Below the pieces are notes generated by a model. The model saw only the letters and a list, made by a program, of their open reading frames with translations, was not told the DNA's origin and did not search any database. 64,000 nucleotides of DNA from Spirochaetia bacterium (lineage in GTDB: Bacteria > Spirochaetota > Spirochaetia > CADAEX01): the NCBI GenBank assembly GCA_963662795.1, contig OY759746.1, positions 3,488,001 to 3,552,000 on the forward strand. The letters run 5' to 3'. Position numbers and translations under genes: made by a program. Positions 10,893-19,979 of the stretch are shown here, one piece after another; position 1 is the first letter of the stretch, and each line of letters begins with the position of its first letter.

Positions 10893-11240
10893 GGGGGTGA
10901 AATGGTTTCGACTGGGGATTTTTCGGATCATAGGCAGCAGGTGGAGAGCCGTCTCCTTAAACAGGCAAAAAACATAACTGCTAACGACGCAGAATACGCA
11001 TTAGCAGCTTAATTTAGCTGCTACGGACACCCAGGATGCTGTTCCTAAGCCTGGAATTGTTTGTAAGAAATAGGGACTTGCTGGTATATATGTACTGCTG
11101 TATACCGGGACACAAAGCAGACTAAGGGGGAAGTAAGGTTTGTTACCGCGCCGAACTTTTCCTGAATTCAAGCGGTGACTATGCCTGTAGAAGTTTATGG
11201 GCCTGTCTTCAGGACGGGGGTTCGACTCCCCCCACCTCCA
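10893..11240 (+). ncRNA. ssrA: tmRNA; tag peptide ANDAEYALAA (10980-11012); 3' CCA not encoded
   Basis: 5' GGGGGTGAAATGGTTTCGAC, T-arm GGGGGTTCGACTCCCCC, 3' CACCTCCA, and a resume context (ATAACT then GCT) opening a tag that ends in LAA*. Confidence 0.95.
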
Positions 11241-11249
11241 ATAAAAAAA

Positions 11250-11300
11250 GACAGTTTCAGCTGAATATTTATTTTAGCAAGCTGAAACTGTCAATTTTTT
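11250..11300. terminator. Bidirectional intrinsic terminator between ssrA and the convergent small ORF
   Basis: 12-bp stem GACAGTTTCAGC/GCTGAAACTGTC with an A-tract before and a T-tract after. Confidence 0.75.
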
Positions 11301-11308
11301 TAATCTAA

Positions 11309-11404
11309 TCAGGCACCCAGAACAAAAGCAATAATACCGATACTACCAAGAATAACAACTGTGTTTAATAGAATGAATAAAATCTTTTTTACCAATTTGT
11401 TCAT
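11309..11404 (-). CDS. Unannotated 31-aa single-TM peptide MNKLVKKILFILLNTVVILGSIGIIAFVLGA
   Basis: ATG preceded by GGAGGGG RBS, upstream promoter, downstream terminator, basic N-terminus plus a long hydrophobic stretch. Confidence 0.7.
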   Translation of the reverse strand: MNKLVKKILFILLNTVVILGSIGIIAFVLGA

Positions 11405-11625
11405 TTTAACCCCTCCGGTTATTTCATATTTATAAAAGACAAAAATGTCTTTGTTCACACATATTTGAAAATTTTAAATGAGTCGGTTTTATGAATTGAT
11501 TTTTATGGTATTTGATATTTTTAACACTTAACCACTAAGGAAGCAATTCATTAGTTCATTGCCCGGCTGTTTTAACCACCACAACACACTAACAAATTTG
11601 TTAAAGAACGGTTAGTAATATGTTA

Positions 11626-11655
11626 AATATACATTTAGTATTTGTGAAAAGTCAA
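11626..11655 (-). promoter_or_regulatory. Putative sigma70 promoter for the small ORF (about 215-nt leader)
   Basis: Minus strand TTGACT-N18-TATATT. Confidence 0.5.
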
Positions 11656-11678
11656 TATGAAAATTTACTGCAATCAAT

Positions 11679-13229
11679 TTATTCCCATTCGATAGTAGCA
11701 GGAGGTTTGCTGGATATATCATAGACAACCCTGCCAATCCCGGGCAGTGAATTTGTAATAAGAGACGATATTTCAAGCAAGTCCTTCATCGGCATGGGAA
11801 ATACATCCGCAGTCATACCGTCCCTGGACGTTACAGCTCTTAACGCAAGAACCTGTCCGTATTTTCTCGAGTCGCCCCCCACGCCTACAGATCTGACAGG
11901 CAATAGAACAGAAAAAGCCTGCCAGATTTTTTCATACAATTCTCTTTTTTTAAGTTCAGAAATATAAATATAATCTGCATCTCTTAAAAGATTGCAGTTA
12001 TCTTCTGTAACATCTCCGATTATTCTAACTGCAAGCCCCGGCCCCGGAAAAGGATGTCTGTGAATAATTTCATTTTCAAGTCCTGCAATTTTACCCAGTT
12101 CCCTTACTTCATCCTTATAAAGCCGGTCAAGAGGTTCAATAATTTCCCCTCTTTTCCTTTTTTCCTCAACTAAAGGAGATTTTACATTATGATGAGACTT
12201 GATTACATGAGCCTTGTTTCCAACTCCTTTCCCTGATTCAATCAAATCGGTATAAAGCGTTCCCTGAGCGAGAAGAGCATCTTCCGGTATTCCCAGTCTG
12301 CTTATCTCCTCCTGCTGTATTTTCATAAATAAATCACCGATTATTTTCCGTTTTGTTTCAGGGTCATCAATACCTTTAAGCGCTTTTAAAAATATACTTG
12401 ATGCATCTATGAGATGCAGATTTTCTGCTCCAAGTTTTTTAAGATTTTTTTCTACTTCAGCTGATTCATATTTTCTCATCAGTCCGGTATCAATATACAT
12501 GAGATGTATTTTTGCAGGGTCTATGGAATTAAGCAAAAGGGCCGCAACTACGGCAGAGTCGACACCGCCGGATATCAGAAGCAGTACATCACGTCCTGCT
12601 GTCTGGTTTATAATCCGTTCTTTGGCTGTTTCAAAATATATTTCCATATTCCATTCTTTTTTTGCACCGCATATCTGTGAAGCAAAATTATCCAGAATCC
12701 GGGAGCCAAATTCGCAATGCGAGACTTCCGGATGGAATTGAATACCGAAAATATTTAATTCTTTATTGACTACTGCTGCGGTGTGGTGCTCAGATACAGC
12801 TATTTTCTTAAATCCCTCTCCCGGTTTTTCCATGCTGTCGCCGTGGCTCATCCATGAAATAAAATATTCGGGAACATCTTTAAAGAGAGGAGATTCTTCC
12901 AGATATTTTACAGCAGATCTCCCGTATTCTTTTTTTTCAAGAGGGCTTACAAGACCGTTAAAGTCTGCTGTAATTCTTTGAAATCCATAGCAAATTCCCA
13001 GAATTGGTATTCCCATGCTGTAATATTTTTTATCAACCAAAGGGGCGCCGGCATCATAAACAGATTCAGGAGAACCTGAAAAAATAATTCCTTTAAGGCC
13101 TGTAGTAGATATACTGTCAGCCTTAGTTTCTCCAGGCAATACTTCGCAGTAAATCCCGGTTTCCCTTATCCTTCTTGAAATAAGCTGAGATGTCTGACTT
13201 CCAAAATCCAGTACAATTATTTTGTCCAT
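11679..13229 (-). CDS. guaA: GMP synthase (glutamine-hydrolysing)
   Basis: LDFGSQ, GICYG, QFHPEV, SGGVDS, IKSHHN, KPPATIEWE. Confidence 0.97.
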   Translation of the reverse strand: MDKIIVLDFGSQTSQLISRRIRETGIYCEVLPGETKADSISTTGLKGIIFSGSPESVYDAGAPLVDKKYYSMGIPILGICYGFQRITADFNGLVSPLEKKEYGRSAVKYLEESPLFKDVPEYFISWMSHGDSMEKPGEGFKKIAVSEHHTAAVVNKELNIFGIQFHPEVSHCEFGSRILDNFASQICGAKKEWNMEIYFETAKERIINQTAGRDVLLLISGGVDSAVVAALLLNSIDPAKIHLMYIDTGLMRKYESAEVEKNLKKLGAENLHLIDASSIFLKALKGIDDPETKRKIIGDLFMKIQQEEISRLGIPEDALLAQGTLYTDLIESGKGVGNKAHVIKSHHNVKSPLVEEKRKRGEIIEPLDRLYKDEVRELGKIAGLENEIIHRHPFPGPGLAVRIIGDVTEDNCNLLRDADYIYISELKKRELYEKIWQAFSVLLPVRSVGVGGDSRKYGQVLALRAVTSRDGMTADVFPMPMKDLLEISSLITNSLPGIGRVVYDISSKPPATIEWE

Positions 13230-14443
13230 ATATCCTTTCTTATCATTGTTTCGCTTCTCTGGTATCCCACAGAAATAATATCAACAGAAACTCCTGTAAA
13301 ATTTTCAATGAATTCTATATATTCTTTCGAAGCCGCAGGCAGATCGCTGTATTTTTTTATATCAGTAAGCTTTGTATTCCATCCTTTAAAGCTTTTAAAA
13401 ACAGGTTTTGCATTTTCAAGAGCGGTAATTGAGGATGGAAAAGCTGTAATTTCTTTATTGTTTAAATTATATGCGACGCAGGCCTTAATATCTTCCATTT
13501 CATCGTATATATCCAGATGAGTAAGGACAAGAGATGTTATTGAATTTGTATCGCAGATATACTTTAATGCCACAAGATCAAGAAAACCGCACCTCCGGGG
13601 ACGGCCTGTTGTAACTCCGTATTCCCTGCCGATTTCCCTTACCTTGTTTTCAAGTTCTCCTTCAATTTCAGGATTGAATTCTGTAGGAAAGGGTCCGTTT
13701 CCGACGCGGGTATTGTAGGCTTTAAAAACACCAAGAATTCTGTCTATGCTTTTGGGTCCAATTGCTCCTCCTGTACAGGCTCCTGCAGCTGAAGATGAGC
13801 CTGATGAAACATAGGGATAGGTTCCAAGATCCAGATCCAGAAGAGACCCCTGAGCCCCTTCAAAAAGCTTTTTTTTATCCTTGCTGTGAGCTATAAAATC
13901 TGCAAGATCAATCATCATCGGGAAAAGTTTTTCTTTATATTTTTCAATAAAATCCTTTTCATCTTTCTTTAGTGTTTTATAAACTTCATTATCAAATATA
14001 TCTATCAGGCGGATACCGTCCCTGTGTGATTTCAAGGCGTATGCTACACCTATACCGCGCCCCGTAGTACCAATAGGATTCCTCCTAGTCTTCTCCATTT
14101 CAATATCAAGTTTTTTGTATGAAGGAAAAACAAGGTGGGCCCTGTCAGATATAAAAATTCTCCCTTTCCAGTTAACGCCCTGTTTTTCAAGGGTATCGAG
14201 TTCGCTGAACAGTGATTCAATATCTATTACCATTCCTGTTCCCAGAACCACCTTTTTTTCAGGATATACTATTCCGGAAGGTACAAGATGGAGCTTGTAA
14301 GTAATGTCATCATGAACAATTGTATGTCCTGCATTGGCTCCGCCTGAGAACCTAACGACAATTTCAGCATTTTCAGCCAGATAATCAACAATTTTGCCTT
14401 TCCCTTCGTCACCCCATTGAGCACCTATCACTACTAAATTCAT
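13217..14443 (-). CDS. purA: Adenylosuccinate synthetase
   Basis: GAQWGDEGKGK, GGANAGHT, GTTGRGIG, EYGVTTGRPRRCG. Confidence 0.97.
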   Translation of the reverse strand: MNLVVIGAQWGDEGKGKIVDYLAENAEIVVRFSGGANAGHTIVHDDITYKLHLVPSGIVYPEKKVVLGTGMVIDIESLFSELDTLEKQGVNWKGRIFISDRAHLVFPSYKKLDIEMEKTRRNPIGTTGRGIGVAYALKSHRDGIRLIDIFDNEVYKTLKKDEKDFIEKYKEKLFPMMIDLADFIAHSKDKKKLFEGAQGSLLDLDLGTYPYVSSGSSSAAGACTGGAIGPKSIDRILGVFKAYNTRVGNGPFPTEFNPEIEGELENKVREIGREYGVTTGRPRRCGFLDLVALKYICDTNSITSLVLTHLDIYDEMEDIKACVAYNLNNKEITAFPSSITALENAKPVFKSFKGWNTKLTDIKKYSDLPAASKEYIEFIENFTGVSVDIISVGYQRSETMIRKDIWTK

Positions 14444-14452
14444 TTAAAACCC

Positions 14453-15898
14453 CTATTTTGTATAATTTGGTGATTCTTTTGTAATAAAAACATCATGGAC
14501 ATGACTTTCCTTGAGTCCGGCTGCAGTTATCTTCATGAAATTTTTATAATTTTTCAATTCACTAATATCTTTACATCCGCAATATGCCATTCCCTTTCTC
14601 AAACCAGTTACCAGTTGAGCAAGAAATGGTTTTAATTCGCCTTTATACGGCACCCGTCCTTCAATTCCCTCAGGTACAGGATCTTCCCCTTCAGCCATTC
14701 TGTATCTGTCGCCTGATCCGTCATTTATGGCGCCGATTGACCCCATTCCCCTGTATTCCTTGAATATCCTTCCTTCATAGATAACCTCTTTCCCCGGCGC
14801 TTCCTTTAAACCTGCGAAGAGGTTTCCTATCATTACAATATCCGCACCGGCGCCGATTGCCTTTGTAATATCACCCGAATACTTGATACCGCCGTCGGCA
14901 ATAACAGGAATTCCAGCCTTGTCAGCTTCTTCAGCACAGTCCATAACAGCTGTAAACTGGGGTACACCGATACCGGCGACAATTCTGGTTGTGCAGATTG
15001 AACCTGGACCAATACCTACTTTTATGCAATCTGCGCCTGCATCTATCAGTCTTTTAGTTGCCCCGGCTGTTGCGGCATTGCCTCCAATTACAGGAATATT
15101 ATATCTTTTCTTGATATCATATACAGCATCAATAACGCTTTTTGTATCACCGCTTGCAGTATCCATTACAACAAAGTCAACCTTCTTATCAAGAAGCAGA
15201 GGGATCCTTTTATTATAATCAACAGGAGATATGGCAGCCCCTACTATAAGTCTTCCAAGAGCGTCCAGAGAGGCACTGGGATGACTTTTTTTCTTATCCA
15301 TATCCTTGTATGTTACAAGACCTTTTACATAACCGTCCTGATCAATGATAGGCAGCTTTTCTATCTTGTATTTGTCGAATTTTTCTCTTGCGCTTGCGAC
15401 AGTGGGAATGCCGATTTCTGATACAGGATTTCTGGTCATTACATTTTTTACAAGCAGAGAATTATCATCACAAAACCTCAAATCCCTTGAAGTTATTATT
15501 CCGCATAGTTTTTGATTAACATCAATTACAGGTATACCTGTGGCATTATAAGCTGCCATTATTTTTTTGATTGTGCCGATGGTGGTTTCTTCTGTAACAG
15601 TCTGCGGGTCCTGTATTACCCAGTTTAAAAATCTCTTTACCTTGCCAACTTCATCTGCCTGAATTTCCGGCAGATAGTTCCGGTGTATTACCCCGACCCC
15701 TCCTTCAAGCGCAATTCCAATGGCAAGGGTGGCATCTGTAACACTGTCCATTGCGGCAGAAATAATTGGCACATTTAAATATATATCTCCAGCCAGTCTT
15801 GATTTTACGCTCACATCCCCCGGTGAAACTTCTGAATAAGCTGGCAGAAATAAGATATCATCATAACTAAGTCCTTCTTTCATGGGTAGATTATCCAT
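14453..15898 (-). CDS. guaB: IMP dehydrogenase with CBS pair
   Basis: SAAMD.VT, KVGIGPGSICTTR, IADGGI, YRGMGS, PEGIEG. Confidence 0.97.
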   Translation of the reverse strand: MDNLPMKEGLSYDDILFLPAYSEVSPGDVSVKSRLAGDIYLNVPIISAAMDSVTDATLAIGIALEGGVGVIHRNYLPEIQADEVGKVKRFLNWVIQDPQTVTEETTIGTIKKIMAAYNATGIPVIDVNQKLCGIITSRDLRFCDDNSLLVKNVMTRNPVSEIGIPTVASAREKFDKYKIEKLPIIDQDGYVKGLVTYKDMDKKKSHPSASLDALGRLIVGAAISPVDYNKRIPLLLDKKVDFVVMDTASGDTKSVIDAVYDIKKRYNIPVIGGNAATAGATKRLIDAGADCIKVGIGPGSICTTRIVAGIGVPQFTAVMDCAEEADKAGIPVIADGGIKYSGDITKAIGAGADIVMIGNLFAGLKEAPGKEVIYEGRIFKEYRGMGSIGAINDGSGDRYRMAEGEDPVPEGIEGRVPYKGELKPFLAQLVTGLRKGMAYCGCKDISELKNYKNFMKITAAGLKESHVHDVFITKESPNYTK

Positions 15899-17327
15899 TC
15901 ATTTTCTCCTTCAATACGAGCATTTCCCTCTGATATTTTTCAGCCAGTGATTTTGCTATGTTCACTGACTGACCTCTATATAGTTCAGGGTTGTCAAAAA
16001 AATCAGATGCATCAAGGCCTGTAGTCTTATTAAGCTGATTTGCAACCTTTTCCCATACTTCTTTGTCTTTCTTTAAAAGCGAAGATAATTTTTCTCCCTT
16101 TTTTTCGCATTCAAGCGTAATTTTCCTGATTTTCTCATGTGCATCAGGTTCACCTGAACAGGAAAGAAGAATATAAGCAGCTTCAGCCAGAACAAGATCA
16201 CCTGTCAATACAAGATTGTCCTTCATCTTTTTTTTATCAACATATAAAGTTGATAAGACTTTTCTGATTCTGTTTAATGCTGCTGCAAATCCGGCTATAT
16301 AATCTGCCACAAATCTTGAAGAGGCCGAATTTGAAAGATCCCTCTGATGTTCTGAAATCTGGTCCATGTAAAAAGTAATTACCCTTGGACAGAATGCTTT
16401 CCACAAACTTTTAACATGCTCACTGTTCCATGGATTTCTCTTTTGCGGCATTGTAGATGAGCCCACCTGTGTTTCTGTAAACATTTCCCTTATCTCTGTT
16501 ATTTCAGATCTCTGAAGATGACGAAGGTCATCTGCCAGGTTAGCTATAATGCCGAATGCTGTGTTCATTTCAAGCAGAAGCCGCAGCAGATATTCCGGTT
16601 CAATCAGCTGGGTTGAATGTTCCGACGGTTTAAGTGAAAGATAAGAGAGGGTCTCTTCTTCCATTTTGACGGGATCTTTGACTATCAGCGATGTTGAATT
16701 ATATGCACCTACGGCGCCTGCCAGTTTTCCCCTGAGATCATCAGAGGCCTCTTTTATTTTAATTATTGATTTGCCCAGTCTTGAAACATATTCCGAAATT
16801 GCAAATCCGAAAGTAATCGGCACAGCATGCTGACCGTGCGTTCTTCCTACCTGAGGAGTCCCGGCTTCCGTATCAGCAATTTTTATAAGTATTTCCTCAA
16901 TTTCCATAAGCAGCCTGAGAAGAACATTCCTTGTTGCATCACGCATTTTAAGTGATGTCGCTGTATCCAGTATATCAACAGATGTAGCTCCAAGGTGAAC
17001 ATAGGGTTTGATACTGTCTGATATATGCTCTTTTATAACATTCACCAGTGCCCTTATATTATGCTGGGTCTTTTCCTCTTCTTCATATACTTTTGCCGGA
17101 TCAATAGTATTTTCAAGAGATTCTGCTTCTTTTATCAATTCTTCGCAGTCATCATGATTATTCATGATTATGTGTGTTTTTAATAAGGCGGCTTCCACTT
17201 TTACACAATATTTTATGGATGCTTCTTCCGAGAGATAATTACTCAACTCTTCAAAAAGCTCTTTATTTGATAAAAAATACCTGTGATCAAGAGGAGAGAT
17301 GTTTAGAAAAATATTTCTGGTTATCAT
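15891..17327 (-). CDS. purB: Adenylosuccinate lyase
   Basis: SPLD.RY, H.GATS.DI, GRTHGQHA, GSSTMPQKRNP. Confidence 0.95.
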   Translation of the reverse strand: MITRNIFLNISPLDHRYFLSNKELFEELSNYLSEEASIKYCVKVEAALLKTHIIMNNHDDCEELIKEAESLENTIDPAKVYEEEEKTQHNIRALVNVIKEHISDSIKPYVHLGATSVDILDTATSLKMRDATRNVLLRLLMEIEEILIKIADTEAGTPQVGRTHGQHAVPITFGFAISEYVSRLGKSIIKIKEASDDLRGKLAGAVGAYNSTSLIVKDPVKMEEETLSYLSLKPSEHSTQLIEPEYLLRLLLEMNTAFGIIANLADDLRHLQRSEITEIREMFTETQVGSSTMPQKRNPWNSEHVKSLWKAFCPRVITFYMDQISEHQRDLSNSASSRFVADYIAGFAAALNRIRKVLSTLYVDKKKMKDNLVLTGDLVLAEAAYILLSCSGEPDAHEKIRKITLECEKKGEKLSSLLKKDKEVWEKVANQLNKTTGLDASDFFDNPELYRGQSVNIAKSLAEKYQREMLVLKEKMNG

Positions 17328-17414
17328 ATGTAATATTTACAAAAAGAGAAGATTTTGTCAAACCTGTAAATTATTATCTTTCAAGTATTATAATTTTCTA
17401 TTACAATAATTATT

Positions 17415-19310
17415 GTGTCTGATAAGTATGGTTTACTGCTCTCCCAGGCAATAGAATATGGAGAAAAAAGAGAATACTCAAAAGCTGTTGAATTTTTACT
17501 GAAAATTGTTTCAGAAACCGATTCTTTGCCTGAAGCTTTTTTATTTCTGGGCAGAAGCTATCATGCTTTGGGAGAATATTACAAAGCAGTTCAGTCTTTC
17601 AAGATTTATCTTACATTTAAGAATAATTCAGCAAGGGGATACTTTTTTCTTGGAAGGACCTATCATTCTCTTGGTATTTATTCGAAAGCCCTGAAATGTT
17701 TTAAAAAAGCACTGGAAATTGCACCCGATAACCCGGAAGTTTTAAGCCTTACCGGAATGACCTACCTGAAGCTGAAAAAAGTTTCTGCTGCATTGAATTA
17801 TCTGGAACAGGCTGTGTTTGCGGCAACTGAAAATAAATCAATTTATAATGCGTATCTTAATGTTCTTTATTTAAAAGGAATTAAAGATTTCTATACAGGA
17901 AATAGTGATGAGGCAGAACAGATTTTTGAGTTTCTTATAAAAACAGAAAACAATCTCCCTTCGGTATTACTGCACCTTGCTTCTGTCAAAAAGGAAAAAG
18001 GAGAAATTGCACAGTCGCTGGATCTTTACACAAAAGTCATTAATGAAAATCCTGAGGATCATTTATTAAAAATGCATATTATCCCTCTTTTGATCCAGGT
18101 GGGAAGAACAGATGAAGCAGCTAAAATCATTTTTGAACTAACCAGCAAAAAAATACAGATAGATGATCAATACCTTAATGAAATCGATATAAACAGGATT
18201 ATTGCCATAGAAAATTACAGCAGGGGAAAATATAAAAACGCTGTATTTTACGCAAAAAAAGTATTGAAGGAAAACAATTATGATAATGAAATGCACCTTC
18301 TCATGGGGGAAGCATTCAGAGTAACTGATAATCTGGATAAAGCAGAAAATCACTTCAGACTTGTAATAAAGCGTGATGAAGCAAAAATAGAGGCAGTTTA
18401 CGGGGTAATACTGGTTTTATGGGTACAGGAGAGGTATAAAGAACTTTTTGAAGAGCTCTCAAGAGGAAAACGCCATTTTCCTTCAGATGAAATTATTGAT
18501 TATTATTATGCTTTAACTGCCGGAAAGCTCTATTATGACCCCGAACAGACAATTGCCCTTCTGGTGTCTGTGGCAGAAAAGAATGACCCGGACCCTTATC
18601 TATCAGAAGCTTTGGGAGAGCAGTATCTTCGTCTTTCAAAACCTGATATTGCAGAAAACTATTTTAAAAAAGCTATTGAACTTGGAGAAACCCTGGCTTC
18701 TGCCTACATCGGGCTTATCAAGACTTATCATCTCCTTGGTAAAAAAAACAAGATCGGAGGTATATTCCGCAGTTATCTGACCCATTTTCCAGAAGACAAC
18801 AGGATAAGAAAATATTATATCAATCATCTGTATATGACTGGAAATTTTAAAAAAACAGCCAAAGAAATTGAAAAATATGCGACAGGTAATGATTCTGACA
18901 TGACTACAGAAAGACTTCTGGCCAGATGCTACCTGAATACAGGTGATTACCAGAAAGCAATGATATTATACAGGCAACTTCTCCGTGAAAATCCCGGTGA
19001 TGACAAGTATTTATTATCCTACGTTTACTGTCTTGACAAGCTTTCAGAAACAGAAAATGCAATCAGTCTTCTTGTAAAGTCAAGAAAATATTTTAATAAT
19101 AATATATCTATTGAACTTACGATTGGAGTACTTTCAGCCCGTCTGAACAAGGAGGAGGAAGCGTTAAATGCATTTAAAAAAGCGCTTGAAATCAACGAAA
19201 AGGAATGGAGGGCATACTACAATATTTCGAGGATATATGATAAACAGGGTTTAACTGAATTTGCTCTCAAATTCAGAACTCGCGCAGAACAACTTAAAAA
19301 AAGTACTTGA
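17415..19310 (+). CDS. Multi-TPR protein
   Basis: Many 34-aa TPR repeats (e.g. AFLFLGRSYHALGEYYKA, GYFFLGRTYHSLG); GTG start. Confidence 0.85.
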   Translation: MSDKYGLLLSQAIEYGEKREYSKAVEFLLKIVSETDSLPEAFLFLGRSYHALGEYYKAVQSFKIYLTFKNNSARGYFFLGRTYHSLGIYSKALKCFKKALEIAPDNPEVLSLTGMTYLKLKKVSAALNYLEQAVFAATENKSIYNAYLNVLYLKGIKDFYTGNSDEAEQIFEFLIKTENNLPSVLLHLASVKKEKGEIAQSLDLYTKVINENPEDHLLKMHIIPLLIQVGRTDEAAKIIFELTSKKIQIDDQYLNEIDINRIIAIENYSRGKYKNAVFYAKKVLKENNYDNEMHLLMGEAFRVTDNLDKAENHFRLVIKRDEAKIEAVYGVILVLWVQERYKELFEELSRGKRHFPSDEIIDYYYALTAGKLYYDPEQTIALLVSVAEKNDPDPYLSEALGEQYLRLSKPDIAENYFKKAIELGETLASAYIGLIKTYHLLGKKNKIGGIFRSYLTHFPEDNRIRKYYINHLYMTGNFKKTAKEIEKYATGNDSDMTTERLLARCYLNTGDYQKAMILYRQLLRENPGDDKYLLSYVYCLDKLSETENAISLLVKSRKYFNNNISIELTIGVLSARLNKEEEALNAFKKALEINEKEWRAYYNISRIYDKQGLTEFALKFRTRAEQLKKST

Positions 19311-19349
19311 TATTTTTTATTTCAATGCAATAATAATTAACAGGAGGAC

Positions 19350-19904
19350 ATGATGAACCAGCCAATAGCTTTAGATCTTTTCCAGGCTTACAATGAAAGT
19401 AAAATGCCTGATAAAGGCGGATATATAGTCTCATCGTTTTTTAATCAGAATTCAACTTATTCAATATACGAAATTGTTGCTTATGATAATGTAAAAAGTA
19501 TTTATTTCAGTGAAACAAGTTTAACATTCCAGGCAGACGGCCATAAAGTATTCGTACTTGTCGAACCTGCAAACTATGCCCACAAATACCAGGAACCTTT
19601 TACAAGGGTAAAGGGTGAATCCATACCTCATCGTTTTTCTGAACTTGATATTGTAACAGCTAAAAATCAGACAAAAGTTATGGTAAGCAAAGAGCCAGTG
19701 GTTTCTTATTCTTCTTTTACTGTATTAAAGCCAACAGGAGTAAATTTTTCACTGATATTCTACCACCAGGAAAATATTCTTAAATCGCTTGAATTTTTCT
19801 TTACACAGACTCTTAACAAGGAAGCCGGCGTACCTTCTCTGGATACTAAAAAGTCTGCGAAAGCTGTAATAGAGGGATTGAAAAAGTTCAAACTCTGGAA
19901 ATAG
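19350..19904 (+). CDS. Hypothetical cytoplasmic protein
   Basis: 184-aa ORF with AGGAGG RBS, followed by a terminator; no recognised motif. Confidence 0.8.
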   Translation: MMNQPIALDLFQAYNESKMPDKGGYIVSSFFNQNSTYSIYEIVAYDNVKSIYFSETSLTFQADGHKVFVLVEPANYAHKYQEPFTRVKGESIPHRFSELDIVTAKNQTKVMVSKEPVVSYSSFTVLKPTGVNFSLIFYHQENILKSLEFFFTQTLNKEAGVPSLDTKKSAKAVIEGLKKFKLWK

Positions 19905-19929
19905 CAGGGATTAACAATATGTACTCACA

Positions 19930-19967
19930 AAATAAAGGCTGTCAAAACGACAGCCTTTATTTGTTTT
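19930..19967. terminator. Bidirectional terminator between convergent genes
   Basis: 14-bp stem AAATAAAGGCTGTC/GACAGCCTTTATTT with a 5-nt loop and T-rich flanks. Confidence 0.8.
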
Positions 19968-19979
19968 CAAATTTACTTC

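Noticed and set aside
11221-11680. Integrated element at the tmRNA 3' end
   Set aside because: No integrase, no duplicated tmRNA 3' fragment, and only ~440 nt before guaA.
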